64,000 nucleotides of DNA, taken from assembly GCF_009914755.1 (NCBI RefSeq), contig NC_060927.1; one strand, written 5' to 3'. The translations under genes and the position numbers were made by a program. The notes beneath the pieces were generated by a model. The model did not search any database. It was not told where the DNA came from and saw nothing but the letters and a program-made list of their open reading frames with translations. This document shows, piece after piece, positions 41,385-55,727 of the stretch (positions within the stretch are counted from its first letter, which is position 1; every line of letters starts with the position of its first letter). The DNA is from the human T2T-CHM13v2.0 reference genome, Homo sapiens.

Positions 41385-42839
41385 ATTCCTATACTCTTTG
41401 TTTACTTTGTGCCATTCCCTGTCCAATTTTCAGAATAACCAAATGTATTTGTTCTTGGATAGAGCAGAGGGAGATTGATATTGTAAACTATCTTTTGGAA
41501 TATGTTAGAGGAAAATGAGTTCCACTTCAGTCTGGAAGCAATTGCTCACATATCTTGTTCTACCCTGATTAATTTGTGAAGTTTCTTTTTTTTCCTGATT
41601 ACTTTCTGCTAGAACTTTTGAAGTGATGGAAAGAAAAGAAAATTTATGAATTTTATTCCTACAAGTAAAATAGCAAGTTTCTCTGGAAATAAAAAAGAGT
41701 TTGTGAAGAAGTTAGGTGATCGTGGGGACGCTAGGGAAATGTTCTAATTATAATTCAGTGAAGACAGGGTTGCTATTTTAATATACATTTTTTGAGACTT
41801 CTTTAAACTTTAGCTTCCTATTTTGTTATTGGTGTCTTTTTCCTCATAGTAGTAGCTGATGATTTTTTCACAATGATTGGCACATTTAAAGCCCTTAAAA
41901 TCAAAATAATGAAGTTGGGGGAACATTAAAACTTAGGAAACTTCTTATTGCAAAGGTTGTTCTGAAATGAAGGAAACCCAAGGTATGAGGCAGGAATCTT
42001 AGTAGCAGGAAATGAATTTTGTCTTACATAAACAAAAATATATTTTTGGAAAAATACTAGATCAGATCTTGGAATGGATAGAAGGAAAAGGAAAAAGCTA
42101 AGTAAACAAACTTCAGAAAGGCAAAACAAGGGCAGCTCTGGAGGGCCTTTCTACTAGTGCATTACCATGCTATTAAAGTGACCAAGCTCCAGTGAATTTT
42201 GAGCTTCTGTCTTTCCTTGAATTTAAATTTCCCAGAAGTAGACTACCAGAGTGAATGTAATAGTGTGAGGCAAAATTTTCCCCTCTAATACTGTTTTTTT
42301 ATAAAAGCAACAAGATGAACTGAAGGGAGTTTTTTTTAAAGTTATAGTGACAATATGGGAAGAATTGGGGAAGAGACTGAAATCAGTGAGCATGTAATTA
42401 TAATAATATCAGACATTTGTTGAGCATTTACTGTGTTGAGTATTTTACATCCATTAACTTATTTACTTATCATGATAAGTTTATGAGTAAAGGATAATAA
42501 TAATATATTTCACATTTGAGAAAACCAGGCTTAGAAAAATTAAGTAACTTGTTCAAGGTAGCAAAGGCAAGTAAGAGCAATTAGGAGGCTGGTACAGTAA
42601 TTCAAAGCAAGAAATGATAAGGGTCTGAACTAAGTTAGTGAGATAGAACCAAAAAGCTTAGAGAATGATTACATAAAGAATGTAAAAAAAAGGGAGGAGT
42701 CAATAATAATTTCTAGGCATCTGGATCAGAAAGTAGATATATTTTTATTCAAACAGAGGAATAGTTTTTCTGATGAAAGTGCTAGGAGGCATTTAACAAG
42801 TTAGATTGTTAGTATAATACATTTTAATTGTCAGTGGGA

Positions 42840-43330
42840 TTTGTCAACATGTCTCCTGCTGTACTCTAGCCCCCTTTCAATTTCTTCTCCACGCAGAATT
42901 CCCTACCATTGCCTTCAAGCCCTTACCTCAACATATCACTCTTTATCTTACCCGATACACTTGAGACATTTAGGCTTTCTGCATTTCCTCAGTGGCAAGT
43001 TCCTTCCTTCCTCAGAATCATTGCACTGACAGATTTCTCTGACTGGACTGTTCTTTGTCAATAACTTGTCATGGTTCTTCCCCTCCTGTCATTCACTCCT
43101 GGGTCAGATGGCCCCTACTCAGAGAGACCATTCCTGAGCACTTTTCTTCCATGCCACCTTCCAGCCCCTTTCTGTTGCCTCCCACCCCCAAAACATTTAT
43201 TTTTGCACTTATCTCTGCTCAAAATTGTGTTCTATTTACATCTTCTAGCTTGTAAACTCCATAAAGGCAGGAACCATCTACACATGAGGGCAGTCTGGAA
43301 CATATACAAACTCACGTATGTGTTGAAAGA
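42840..43330 (+). mobile_element. L2 3' fragment (MIR relic just upstream at ~42400-42580)
   Basis: cttgtaaactccataaaggcaggaacc-type L2 3' text. Confidence 0.55.
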
Positions 43331-43341
43331 TTAGAAAGTAT

Positions 43342-43720
<379 letters not shown>

Positions 43721-43914
43721 TCATAATTAGTAAACCTTAAACTTCTATAAAGAATTCACACAGAGTGATCCTATTGAAAAAATTATATAACTTTGTTAAA
43801 TCCTATCATCTCCTTAGTGACAGATTTTAGAAACTGAAAATCTGGATACTTTAACTTGAGGAAAACTCATCTCTGGTAATTGTAAATTTCTGAACTTTGT
43901 CTTTTCTCTTAAAG

Positions 43915-43976
43915 GCTCAATCTCAAAATATCCTTCCAACAATAGGATTCAGCATAGAGAAATTCAAATCATCCAG
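43915..43976 (+). CDS. ARL6: ARL6 coding exon 2 (switch I)
   Basis: cttaaag| ... AG|gtaatc; 62 nt; AQSQNILPTIGFSIEKFKSS. Confidence 0.96.
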
Positions 43977-44347
43977 GTAATCCACTTTATCCCTTAACAA
44001 AAAAGTTGCTAGTGAAAAATAACAATATTAGGTCTACCTGGTCATTCTTCCTACCCTTAGATAAAGTAATTTGTTGTTTCAGAATCTCATAGGTATTAAA
44101 GTGTTTCTAACCACTATGGCTGGTTTATTTTTCAGAATTTAGAGTTTAGACAAACTCTGATAACTTCACTAGCAAAGAAGTTTTTTATGTTATTTATTGC
44201 AAAATTGTGTTTATATTAATACATTTATTTCATAGAACTTTTACTTGTAAATTGGCACATGTTGAATATTGCATATGAAGGGTAATTTCTTTGATTGTAA
44301 ATAATTTAAAATTTTAAGTAAAAGTTATGCTTTAGTTTATAATGTAG

Positions 44348-44440
<93 letters not shown>

Positions 44441-45077
44441 TAAGTACATCTGTGAATGTTGCTTAACTAGATGGTTTTTACTAATAATAATGATTAGAAA
44501 TCCAAAGAATTATATGGCTAGGTTGTTTGGCTTTTTTTTTTCATGTAATTTATGAACATTTCCTAATTTAAAAAATATGTAATGAGACTCAACATTGTTT
44601 GTCAAATGTTTCAGGTCCTTCATGACTTCGGGCCTTTGCACGTACTATTCTCTCTGTTTTTAATGCCCCATTCTATCCTACTTCACTTCAGTTTAAGGTT
44701 AACATATTCCTGCTTTAAAACTCAGCTAAAAGTCCTTTCCTCTGAAGTTTCACTGTTCTGCCCAGTTATTTTGTCCTTATTGTTCACCTGGCACTTTGTC
44801 CATTTCTATCTCTCTAATCATACTTACCATGTCTTGAAGTTATGCACCATAGCCGCCTCCCTAGTGGAAGTGTGAACTCCTCAAGGGAAGGGATTATTTA
44901 TTATTCATATTATTTTTTCAAGACCTAGTATGATGCTCAGCATATAGGCCAGTAAATATTATTGACTAAATTTAGTTAAAAATAACAGTGTTGCCTAACA
45001 GTTGATCCATTGTTCTATGAATAATTTGAAACAAGCCATTTTTCAGCATATGCAAGTCAAGTGCTCACTAATTTACA

Positions 45078-45411
45078 CTTGGTCCTTCATGTCCTTGGGT
45101 TCTGCATTCCTGGATTAAACCAATTGTAGATCAAAAATATTTGGGGAGAAAAATGCCATAAAGTTCCAAAAAGCAAAACTTAAATTGCCGTGCACAAACT
45201 ACTGTATTGAAAGCATATAAATGAGGTCATGTGTAGGCATTGTATTACGTATTATAAGTAATCTAGGGTGATTTAAAGAATATGGAAGAATTTGCATATG
45301 TTATAAGCAAATACTAAGCCATTTTATATAAGAGACTTGAGCATCTGCAGATTTTGGTATTTGAAGGGGATCCTGGAACCAATCCCTCGCCAATTCGGAG
45401 GGATGACTATA
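45078..45411 (-). mobile_element. MER2/MER2B-like MITE, reverse orientation
   Basis: gtaatctagggtgatttaaag...ttgcatatgttata...tcctggaaccaatccc...gagggatgactat. Confidence 0.8.
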
Positions 45412-48400
45412 CTTCAGACTAATAGCTGTCAAGTTACTAGGACCCAAATGTGTTATACCTTCTGGAGATTTGCATATGGTAATAAAATAAATTCATTAGC
45501 TTCTAATATTGTTAGGACTTCATTTAAGAGCAATGTATTTCACTTTTAGAGTCTGAAACTTAAAAACACTATCTCTTAACTAAACTCTCTTTTGTCATTA
45601 TGAACTGCTGCCTTGAAATGGTATGTGATATTTACCAGATAAGATTTAGATTTAGATTAACTCTTTCCTAATAATGTGAGACCAAACATTAAATGGTATA
45701 TATTTGGGATATGAACCAGAGGAAATTTATTCAAATTTTTTTTTCAATGAGTCCTTCAATAAATTGAAGGCCTATTTAAATCGTAGGTCCAGAAGACTTC
45801 TGAGAGAGAGGGAAAAGAGAGTGCTTCAGATTCGAGGGTTAGTTTGGAAAAGGAAAAGTGGCATGTTTGTGGTATTCTGCATTAAATTCCTTGGGGAGAT
45901 GCATTTTATGTGTTTCTTATTTGTTTGTGTGTTTAGGAAACCTGAGTTTTCAGTACAGGATTTTTTAAATTCCTCCTCCAATTAGTTGATAAATAATTCC
46001 TTTTAAAAATGTATTTAGCTACTTTAAAAATACTTTAATTTTAATTACAAAAATATATATAGAGAGAAAATAGTAGGAAAGTAAACTTTGTTTTTATTTG
46101 ATTTTAACTCCTTTTTTCTTTGTACTGTTTTTGGATGAAATTTATGAATTCTAGAATAGAGTGGTTACATTGTAGATTGAATGGAGAATATGATTACTAT
46201 TGAAAAATCAACAATAAAAGTAAATTTACTTTCCCTATTTTCGTACTTTTCTAACTGTGAAACAAAACAAGTACATTTTGATCTATTAGACTGAAAAAGG
46301 TTACAAAGATTAATAAAGTATGCTCTTGTCAAAGTGAGCCACTCCTGTGAGAATGTAATATCTTTTTCAGGGTAATTTATTGATATCTGTTAAAATGAAA
46401 AATGTTTATAAACTCCAGCAAGCATTTTTACTTTTAGAAAAGTATTCTATGACCAGGGCTTATGGGCAAAAAAATATACATAGAAGGTTGTATGTTAGCA
46501 TTATTTATAACATTTTTATATCAATTATGTAAAAATGTTACTATAAATATTTATCTTTGCTATATATATAACCATAGTAGTAAAAAAAAAAAATCAAGGA
46601 AATTTACATTTGCTATAAATATGTACTTACTATGTATAGAAAGAAGAAAGTTCTTAGTGGATTATGCACCAAACCATTAGTAGCATTTATTTTTGGAATA
46701 GTAGGATTATAAGGGAAGTTTACTTTCTTTTATTTTTCTTTTCTTTTTTTTTTCACATCCTGTTTGGTGAAGAGAGACATTTACTTTCTCATCTATATGA
46801 TGCCATAATGTTAAATATTATATAATTTTTACATACTATTTTTACAATATAAAAAGGTAATAGCATGCAAAAATATAAGGAGTACACATTTTTTAAATTT
46901 GGAAAATATAGAAGAGAATATTGAAAACATGTTTCCCATAAATCTCACTATTCATAAATTCACCATTGTCAATCTTTTTGGTATCTTTCTCCTCCTTTTG
47001 AAATATATAACATATACTTTATATAACTAAGGAAAAAGGAACCATCTAAATTATGTACCATGTATAATTTTGTATCTTGCTTTTTTCAGTTAACATGTGG
47101 TAAGGGTAAATCAGGAAAAACATGCAATGAATATAACTAACAGCTGCCTAATATTTTTTCACACAGCTTTGCCAAAATTTCTTTAACCATTTCTCTACTC
47201 TAGGACATGAAGGCTATTCTGTTTTTGAAAATTGTAAACAGTCCTTCAGTCAAAATCTTGTATAAATCTTAGCCCCAGTTCGTGATTCCTTAGAATGAAT
47301 TTCAGAAATAAAATCACTGGCTCAAAGTGATTGAACGTTTTTATAGATCTTGATAGGTACTTTGATTGTTCTGGTTTCTATATATACTGGTAATGTATGT
47401 CTGTGATAATCAGCATTATCCTTTTTTAATGATAGGAGAAAATGGTATATAAAAAGTTTTATTTTGTATATCATTTGATTATTAATCACATTGCAGTTTA
47501 AATACTTAATTTATGACTAAGTGATTCGCAAAAAAAAGTACAGATGTCCAATAAATATATGAAAAGATATTGAACCTCATTGGCAATTAATGAACTAGAT
47601 CAAGATAATATGCTGTTAGAATGGCAATTATTGAAAAGAATGATGATAATGATAATAGCCAGTGCTGGCAAAGGAGTGAGAAAAGTACTGAGTCATGTAA
47701 ATTGATATGGCATTTCTGGAGGACAGTTTGGAAATGTTTTTCTAAAACTTTAAATTATGTATGTAGTCTTAGAAATGTTACTCCTAACATTTCTAATAAA
47801 TCTTAAAGCATCAGAACTTTTTTAAAAGAAAGGTATGTAGGAGGATATTTGCCTTAAAGTTTTTCATAATGATGAAAATTGGAAATAACCTAAAAGTCCA
47901 GCAACAAATGTTTGATACAGTATTTGATGACACATCCATGCAGTGCAATAGTTTAGAACCATTAAAAGAAGATAGTGCAGAGGAATAATCAATAATTTTT
48001 CAAGTGCCTATGTGATCCATGGGTGAATCCTTAACTAGTTCAATCACTGGCTATCAGCTTTTAAAAAATCAAATAGAATAAAATAAAAGCTATTTGTAAG
48101 TATTTTTTCAGAAGACTTTCACTTAAAATACATCTATATATACCTATGTGTCTACTGTATCTTAATACAAAATGTATTTCTCACTATGGTTTATGGTAAA
48201 AATAATTTATAAAAGTAGTAGTAAAACCATAGTAGTAAAAAAAAAAAAAATCAAGGAAATTTACATATGTATTGCAAAGGCAAGGTGTAATACAGGATTC
48301 CATTTTAAATACATATATAGTTTATTCATATGTAATATACACAAAGTGTAGCTTTATACCAAAATATTAATAATTATTGCATCGGTGTAATAGGGTTATG

Positions 48401-48710
48401 GTATTTTAACTCATTTTCTCATATTCTGATATTTTAATGAAAAAATTACTCATTTTTTAAAATTATGAAGTAGCAAGTCATTAAATTTACTTTATTATCC
48501 AAATGAAAAGGTATTTTACATGAAATATGACTAATGATTAATATATTTATCAGTCATATAAACTAATAAGAAACAACACCAAAAATTCTAATGATATATG
48601 GACATAGGACATAAGGAGATAATACTTAGGTTAGGAAATGCCCATGGATAATAAACATGGAAAAATTTATAAGTAAAGCTTTAATTTTTCTTTTTCTTTA
48701 CATTACACAG

Positions 48711-48805
48711 AGAAGGCCAAGCTATTATTTTTGTCATTGATAGTAGTGATAGATTAAGAATGGTTGTGGCCAAAGAAGAACTCGATACTCTTCTGAATCA
48801 TCCAG
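48711..48805 (+). CDS. ARL6: ARL6 coding exon 4
   Basis: acacag| ... G|gtatgt; 95 nt; [31 protein letters not shown]. Confidence 0.96.
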
Positions 48806-49820
48806 GTATGTGTGTGTCTTTCAGTCTGTATCTGTTCTTTGGGGTTCATTTATGTGTAATGTTTTGTTCTTTGGGTATTGCTTATACTATGTAATTATCT
48901 TTCATTTAAAATTTTTGAATTTAAAACATATATGTTATACAAAATTTATATTTTATGTACATCACCATATTTTGTAAATTTTGCATGCAATGTAAATGTA
49001 AAGCATTTTGCATTGTTTTTGGGGTGTCTAACATTTATTTCCTCAAAAATAAAAATTCCCTTTTTTCTGATTACATAAATAATTTGTACCAAAGCAAAAA
49101 AAAAAAAAAATCAGATGGAAAAATAAAATAAAGATCTGTGTATTTCAACACCCATTAAAATTATTTGTTACCATATTTTCATGCATTTCTCTATGTGTAT
49201 CTGAGTTTGTGTGTTTAATTACAGCATTTCTTACATATTTATTCATATATATATATATATATCTCCCAAAAATATCTGTAGGGTTGAGGACTGTGGGGAC
49301 TATCATTGTTATTTACCAAAATGGAATCATATTCTTTACACTCTTCTGCATGTTTCTATTCTCAGTTAACACTTAATGATGGATATCCTTCCAAATCAAA
49401 TTATATATAATTATGTAGTTATTCTTTTTAATGATGCCTAATATGGTTTACTATGAATGTACCACAGTTTATTTAATCATTCACCTGTTGATGTATACTT
49501 TCCTCCCGCCCAAGCCCCCACTACAAACAGTGCTCCAGTAAGTATTGTGGAACTCTGCATTTCTAGCCTTCCTCATGCCAAAAAAATTTAAATAGTGCTT
49601 GTGCTAGGACTTTCAGAAAAGGATGGTGGTTTAAGAGAACTGTGGATTTGTTAGAAATGAAATAGAAATAGTGTGGGGCTTTCTAATAAATGTTACTGCT
49701 TAACCACAATATCTTTGGTATTTTTAACAGATGACCTCAAGCTTACTGAAATTTTTGAAAAAAAATTATCCGCCCTGTACATTTTATTTGACTTTTTAAT
49801 GTTAAAAACTTAGCAGTCTT

Positions 49821-50101
49821 GGCTGGGCGTGGTGGCTCAGGCCTGTAATCCCAGCACTTTGGGAGGGATTACAGGCGGGTGGATCACTTGAGGTCAGGAG
49901 TTCGAGACCAGCCTGGCCAACATGGTGAAACCCCATCTCTACTAAAAATACAGAAATTAGCCAGGCACGTGCACTTGTAATCCCATATGCTCAGGAGGCT
50001 GAAGCAGGAGAATTGCCTGAACCTGGAAGGTGGAGGTTGCAGTGAACTGAGATAGCACCACTGAGGGCAACGGAGGAGACTCTGTCTCAAAAAAAAAAAC
50101 A
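49821..50101 (+). mobile_element. AluS, sense, with internal rearrangements
   Basis: 17-bp TSD aaaaacttagcagtctt at 49804-49820 and 50102-50118. Confidence 0.95.
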
Positions 50102-50389
50102 AAAAACTTAGCAGTCTTGTATCTAGATTGATAATGCATTTTTGATTATGTCTTCCTTTCATATTAATCTTTCCAGTTTTTCTCTAAAAAGTGTTGCAGT
50201 GTTGAGCAGTAAAATGAAATAGTTCCTATAAAATATACTTCAAACAATGGGGATTTTGATTTCCTCAACTGAAGCCTTGTCTATGGATCTTAATGTACTA
50301 CTTCCTTTATTTTATGGGATAGATTCCCAAGGGAGGGATTTCTCAGCTGAAGTGTATATGAACTTTTTAAAAAAATTGATGGCCATAAA

Positions 50390-51285
50390 AAATCTTTGAA
50401 TAGCAAAATGTACTGTGAACAGATAAAGACAATGACAGGCAAGGGAAAATATTTGCAACTCATATCATAGCTACAGGGATATTTCTATACTACTTGTGTT
50501 TCTAAAAATCAGTAAGAATATAAAAGCTTAATAGAAAATGGGGAAAGGACATATCAGGTAAGTCAACAAAAACATAAATTTAAACATCTTTTGAATATAT
50601 GGAAAGATTCTTGGCCTTTCTATTACCTATGATATGGAAAATATCAAGAAGTTTCATAGCAGTCTTTTGGCTAGGGGAGTGGAAACACTCATTCTTATAC
50701 GTGGTTGTTGAAGTGTAAATTGATATAATTTTTAAGAGAAAGCAGTTTGGTAATCACTGTCTATCAAAAGAGAAATTTATGTCCTTTGACCCAACAATTC
50801 CACATCTTAAATTTATCCTAAGGACATACTGGCCGGTGTACAAAATTACCTATATACACATTTATTCATTACAGGATTGTTCATAGTTGTAAAGATTGGT
50901 AACAGGTATCTCAGTTGGGTTCTGGTTAAATAATAGTACATAGTACTAAAAGAAGAAATATTCCAGAACGGTTAAAATAATGAAGAAGCTGCTCTATATG
51001 TACTGATATGGGATCAGATCCAAGATATGTAAATAAATGAAAAGATAAAGGTATAAAGTAATGAGGTTGGCCTGCTATATGAAAATAATATATAATAATT
51101 ATGTTTGCAAATACATAAAATATTTCTATGAAGATGCCAAGACACTGATGTTATGGGTTGCCTTTTCTACAGAGACCATTGTCCTAGGACAAAGTTAGGA
51201 AGGAGATTCTTTTACTGTATGCCATTTTGTATCTTCTGAATTTTGAACTATTTAAATGTATTGTCTATTCAAAAAAATGAAAAAT
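50390..51285 (+). mobile_element. Old L1ME-like 3' fragment
   Basis: aaaatatttgcaactcatatc, cctttgacccaacaattccac, tgtactgatatggga L1M 3' text. Confidence 0.65.
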
Positions 51286-51704
51286 GTTTCCAAAATCATG
51301 ACAAGGTAAAAATATCTTTTAAAAATCTAGCTTGTTACTTATGATATTGTGACAAAAAACTTAAATAAGTTCCCAGTTTCTTTTCCTTCTACTTCTACTT
51401 GAAGTTTGCCTCCTTTCTGTTCACCATTAAAAAGGAAACAAAATATTTAATGCTTTTTTGTAGGTACTTCTCTGTAATGCTTATTGAGCTCCAGTCCCAC
51501 CTCACCCATCTTTGGTTAAAGCTCCTAACCAGAGGGCAGATGGTCCTAGGAAGTATTTTTAAAATTTTGTTACTGCTCAAATACATGCCTAACAGTGTGA
51601 CAGTATGTGTCTTTAAATGTTTCTGTGTGTGTGATATGAAAAAAGATAATTGAAAAAAAATTTCATGGGTTTCAGTACTAAAGATTTGCTGCAAAATGAC
51701 CTAA

Positions 51705-51875
<171 letters not shown>

Positions 51876-53804
51876 TAAAGTTTTATATTTACTTTTCACT
51901 GTAGCTTTCTGAAAAATATACAAGCTTCAGAGTTGTTTCTTCTGATCTCATTTTTTAAAAATAAGTGATCAAACATGGTGGCATATAAGCTAAGGATTTT
52001 GTTTTGTAGAATTGTGGCATTGTAGGTTTTTACAAATATATTACTGTTAAAAACCTTTTTCAAATTTTTGGGGGGATAGGAAAATATAAACAACTCTTAT
52101 AATGGAATAACTTAAAAGCTCACTTACTTACTGACTTCAGCTACACTGATTTCCTTCTGCACATGGAGTCAGCCAAGCACAGTCCCATCTAAGAGCATGT
52201 GTACTTGTATCCCCCTCCTTTGAATCATTTTCCAAAATAATTTTCCTGGCTTGCTAGAGTCACTATTACCATGTGACTGCTTTTTTTTTTGTTTATAGTC
52301 TGTCTGCCTATACAGGTGTGTTAGCTCCCTGACAGCTGGGGTTTTGTCAGTTTTCTTCACTTTAATAACCCCTACAATAGTCATAGTGCCTGGTATATAA
52401 TAGGTACACAATACATATTTGTTAAAATGCATAAATGGAAATGGAAATTTTAAGTTTACTTAGACATCCTAATAAGGTTGAACTCTTAAGTAATTAATGT
52501 TGAAATTGTTATGCATTGTTTGTTTGGAAAACAGTTTCTTATTTAACTCCATTGTGCCTTTCTACCAAAATATTCTAATAAGGATAAACAGAGATTATAC
52601 ATTAGATAGTATTTTAGTGCCTACGACTACCATCTTAAACTCCCTTCTACCCACCCACCTACCTCTCTCTGCTGTAAGAGGTCCTTTCCATGCCAGAGTT
52701 TCCCCCTTTTTATAAGAAGGTATCTGTGGGGAAGATTGGAAACAGAAGCAGAGAGATCCACTGCCACAAGAAGGGTGAACTAGAATATGAAGCAAGGAGG
52801 TCATAGAGTTCAGAAAACAACTTTAGGAACTAGTTTTGGCGCTGAAAGAGTAATAGTAAAGACCTTAGGAAAGCTCTTGACACTTTCCAGTATTCAGAGC
52901 CTCCAGCACCTCTTCCCAGGAGCTAAACCCTGCATATCCCAAGTAAAACCTTCCTTACTCTAGGATCAGAGGAAAAGTTAGTGTCTAATAAATGATTCTT
53001 GAGTTGGAATTTGGGTCCTGTGGTATTTGATAGGTAAAGAATGGTGGGATTTTGGATAAGGAAACGTCTTGAGCTAGAGCCTTTATATTTCTCTAAATCA
53101 TACCTAAATTGATTACTTCTAAAATAGAATAATTTTTAATTTCTGTGTTGTATTAAGTATTGTGACTGCTTGATAGAAAGTGCACGTTTAAAAACATGGA
53201 TCTAATTATTAAATAACCATCTTTTCTACTTAAAATAATTAACCATTACATTTTAACAGATTTATTTATTCAATTGTGACATCTCAGTATTTCTCTGTGA
53301 GAAAAAAAGTAATATCCTGATGCTTATAAGGATGTAGGATGTTATTTTGCCAGTTGCTAGATTTTCTGGATAACTTATATAAGAAAGCAAAGTGTTTCTT
53401 TTAAACATGTGTATAATTGTGACTTCTCCTTAATTCAAATTGGACCTCTTCTCACTAGGTTCAAATTAGTATCTCATTTATTTGTTTTGTTCTTTATTCT
53501 TGGCAATATTTTTAAAAGCATGTATAAAATTGAAAATGTATTTATCCTTTTTCTATTTTAAATATAAAGGTAATGCTCTCAGTGATACAGAGATAAAATA
53601 TTATCTGTCTCCTGCCTTGGGTACAAGTAAATTTACTGAGCAATGAAGAGAAGATCCTAGAGAAGTATAGTCTGATAAATTAAAAGAAAAATTTTATGTT
53701 TTATGTTTGACCATTGTACTAAACATATAGTCAGCTCTGATTTTCAGGGTCTGATTGTATTATTCTCCTTCAGATGCGTTCTTTGACTCAATCCCTGGCA
53801 TCAT

Positions 53805-53807
<3 letters not shown>

Positions 53808-53853
<46 letters not shown>
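53808..53853. repeat. (TG)n microsatellite
   Basis: About 23 TG units. Confidence 0.97.
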
Positions 53854-53854
<1 letters not shown>

Positions 53855-54884
53855 ATGTTGTGTGTATGTATACTTGTTTACCATCTTGTGGGGGAGACAA
53901 ATAATAAGCAAATAAATTTATAAAATGTCAGCTGGGAAGATGAGAAAAAATAAAGTATGATAATAAGAGAAAGAATAGTGGGAGTTCCTCCCTCTCTGAG
54001 ACCTAATTGAAGTTAGAGAGCAATTCATGTGAAGGTTTGGAGGAATAATTGTCCAGATAGAGAGGCCAGCAAGAAAAAGCCTCTTCTTGGATGAGAATGT
54101 ACCTGGTGTGTTCCAGGAGCAGCAAGAAGTCCAGATTGGTTAGAGCAGAGAAATCTAAGGGGAAATTGTAGGAAATGAGGCCACTGAGAAATAACCAGGG
54201 GTCATATCACACAGGGCCAAGATTTTCGCTTTATTCTTATTTATTTGAGAGGAAAGATAGAATTCGAACATTTGTTAGGAAAAGATGCAGTTTTTAGTAG
54301 GGTAATGACACCTACACCAGAGGGGAAGGGTTTCATTGTATTAATTGTTTGGAACTATAGGTGTATGATAAAATTAATATATTTATCTTTCTTGATTTAA
54401 GTGTTTCGGTTACTGATCTCTTACTCTTACCATGGATAATAAGTAATTTGCTTTGAATAATTGTGTATCTCATGTTGTTTGTTTCTTTCTTTGTATTTTA
54501 TAATAATTCTATGATAAGCCATATTCTTAGTCTAACAAGTAATTTCTGGGAGATAATTTTTATTTGGATTATAATTAAGTTAATTATTTTAGGTACTTCA
54601 CTATACTTTTTAAAGTCATGCCTTCAGCACACTAAAAGGAACCCTAATCATTCAGAAACTCTAATCATATATATTAATTGCTATTAAACAATCATATTTT
54701 GAAAATAAATGACTAGATCAATGACATGTTACGAGAAACTGTACCTTTTAAAAAGATTATCTGATCCTCTAAAAATCCTCTGCATTTTATTATTTTAATT
54801 TATATACTTAATTATGATTATACATAAAATCTCACAATAACAATTTAAGTTTAGTCTCTCAAGAATGGAAAGACAATGGAAGCA

Positions 54885-55075
54885 CCCTGTTTTAGGTGTT
54901 TTATATACATACCTCAAGTATTTAATTCTCACAATCACCATATGAGGTCAATGATACTATTCCCCCACTTTACAGATGCTAAAACTGAAGACAGAAGAGT
55001 TCAATGACCTAGTCAAGCTCCCTCAGCTAATAAGAAAATGATTGAGATCTACCGACTTTTTGTTTTACTCTACCA
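54885..55075 (-). mobile_element. MIR SINE
   Basis: tttaattctcacaatcaccatatgagg...ctttacagatgctaaaactgaag core. Confidence 0.7.
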
Positions 55076-55532
55076 GCTTACCAAACCTATAATTATGGGT
55101 TTTTATCCTAAAGATATCAAATTCCATTTCAAACAAAGGCACACCATAATATGGCTGTATTATAACTCAAGTCAAGCATTTCTAATAATGAGATTGAATG
55201 ATTGGAACTGAGCAAAGTAGGATAGTGGGCTGTACAAAACTTTTCTACCACTGGAAAAATAAAAGTATTTGTTTTGTTAATGTCAGTGTAAGAACTAATC
55301 CTGGGATAAAATAACTTTTTTCAAAATCTGTTTATAAATTGTAAACATATCTTGTTCCTGAGCACTCAGACTTTTATTTTCTGTTTATTTTCAATTTCAA
55401 TGCTTAACCAGTTTTGCTCAGATATATGTTGTTATAATGTGTTAATTCTCCATATGGCAAAATTGTAATCCTTTATTCTTATAGTTTTGTGATGTAATGA
55501 GATGGCTATGTTTCTTATGGATTTCATTTCAG

Positions 55533-55588
55533 TGCTAGTGATGCCATAAAAGGAGAAGGCTTGCAAGAAGGTGTAGACTGGCTTCAAG
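55533..55588 (+). CDS. ARL6: ARL6 coding exon 6 (G5 region)
   Basis: atttcag| ... AAG|gtacat; 56 nt; [19 protein letters not shown]. Confidence 0.96.
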
Positions 55589-55714
55589 GTACATTACAAA
55601 ATACTGTGTGTCTTCAGCCTTTGTTTCCTTTTTATTCATATTTTTATCTTTTTTTACATTTTATTTTATTATATCATTGCCTTTTTTCCTCTTTCCATTT
55701 ATTTCTGCTATCAG

Positions 55715-55727
55715 AAAAAACAATACA
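55715..55727 (+). CDS. ARL6: ARL6 13-nt alternative microexon (BBS3L long isoform)
   Basis: tgctatcag|AAAAAACAATACA|gtaagt; inclusion gives ...WLQEKTIQSDPDCEDMKR-TAA, 193 aa, matching the known retina-enriched BBS3L. Confidence 0.9.
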
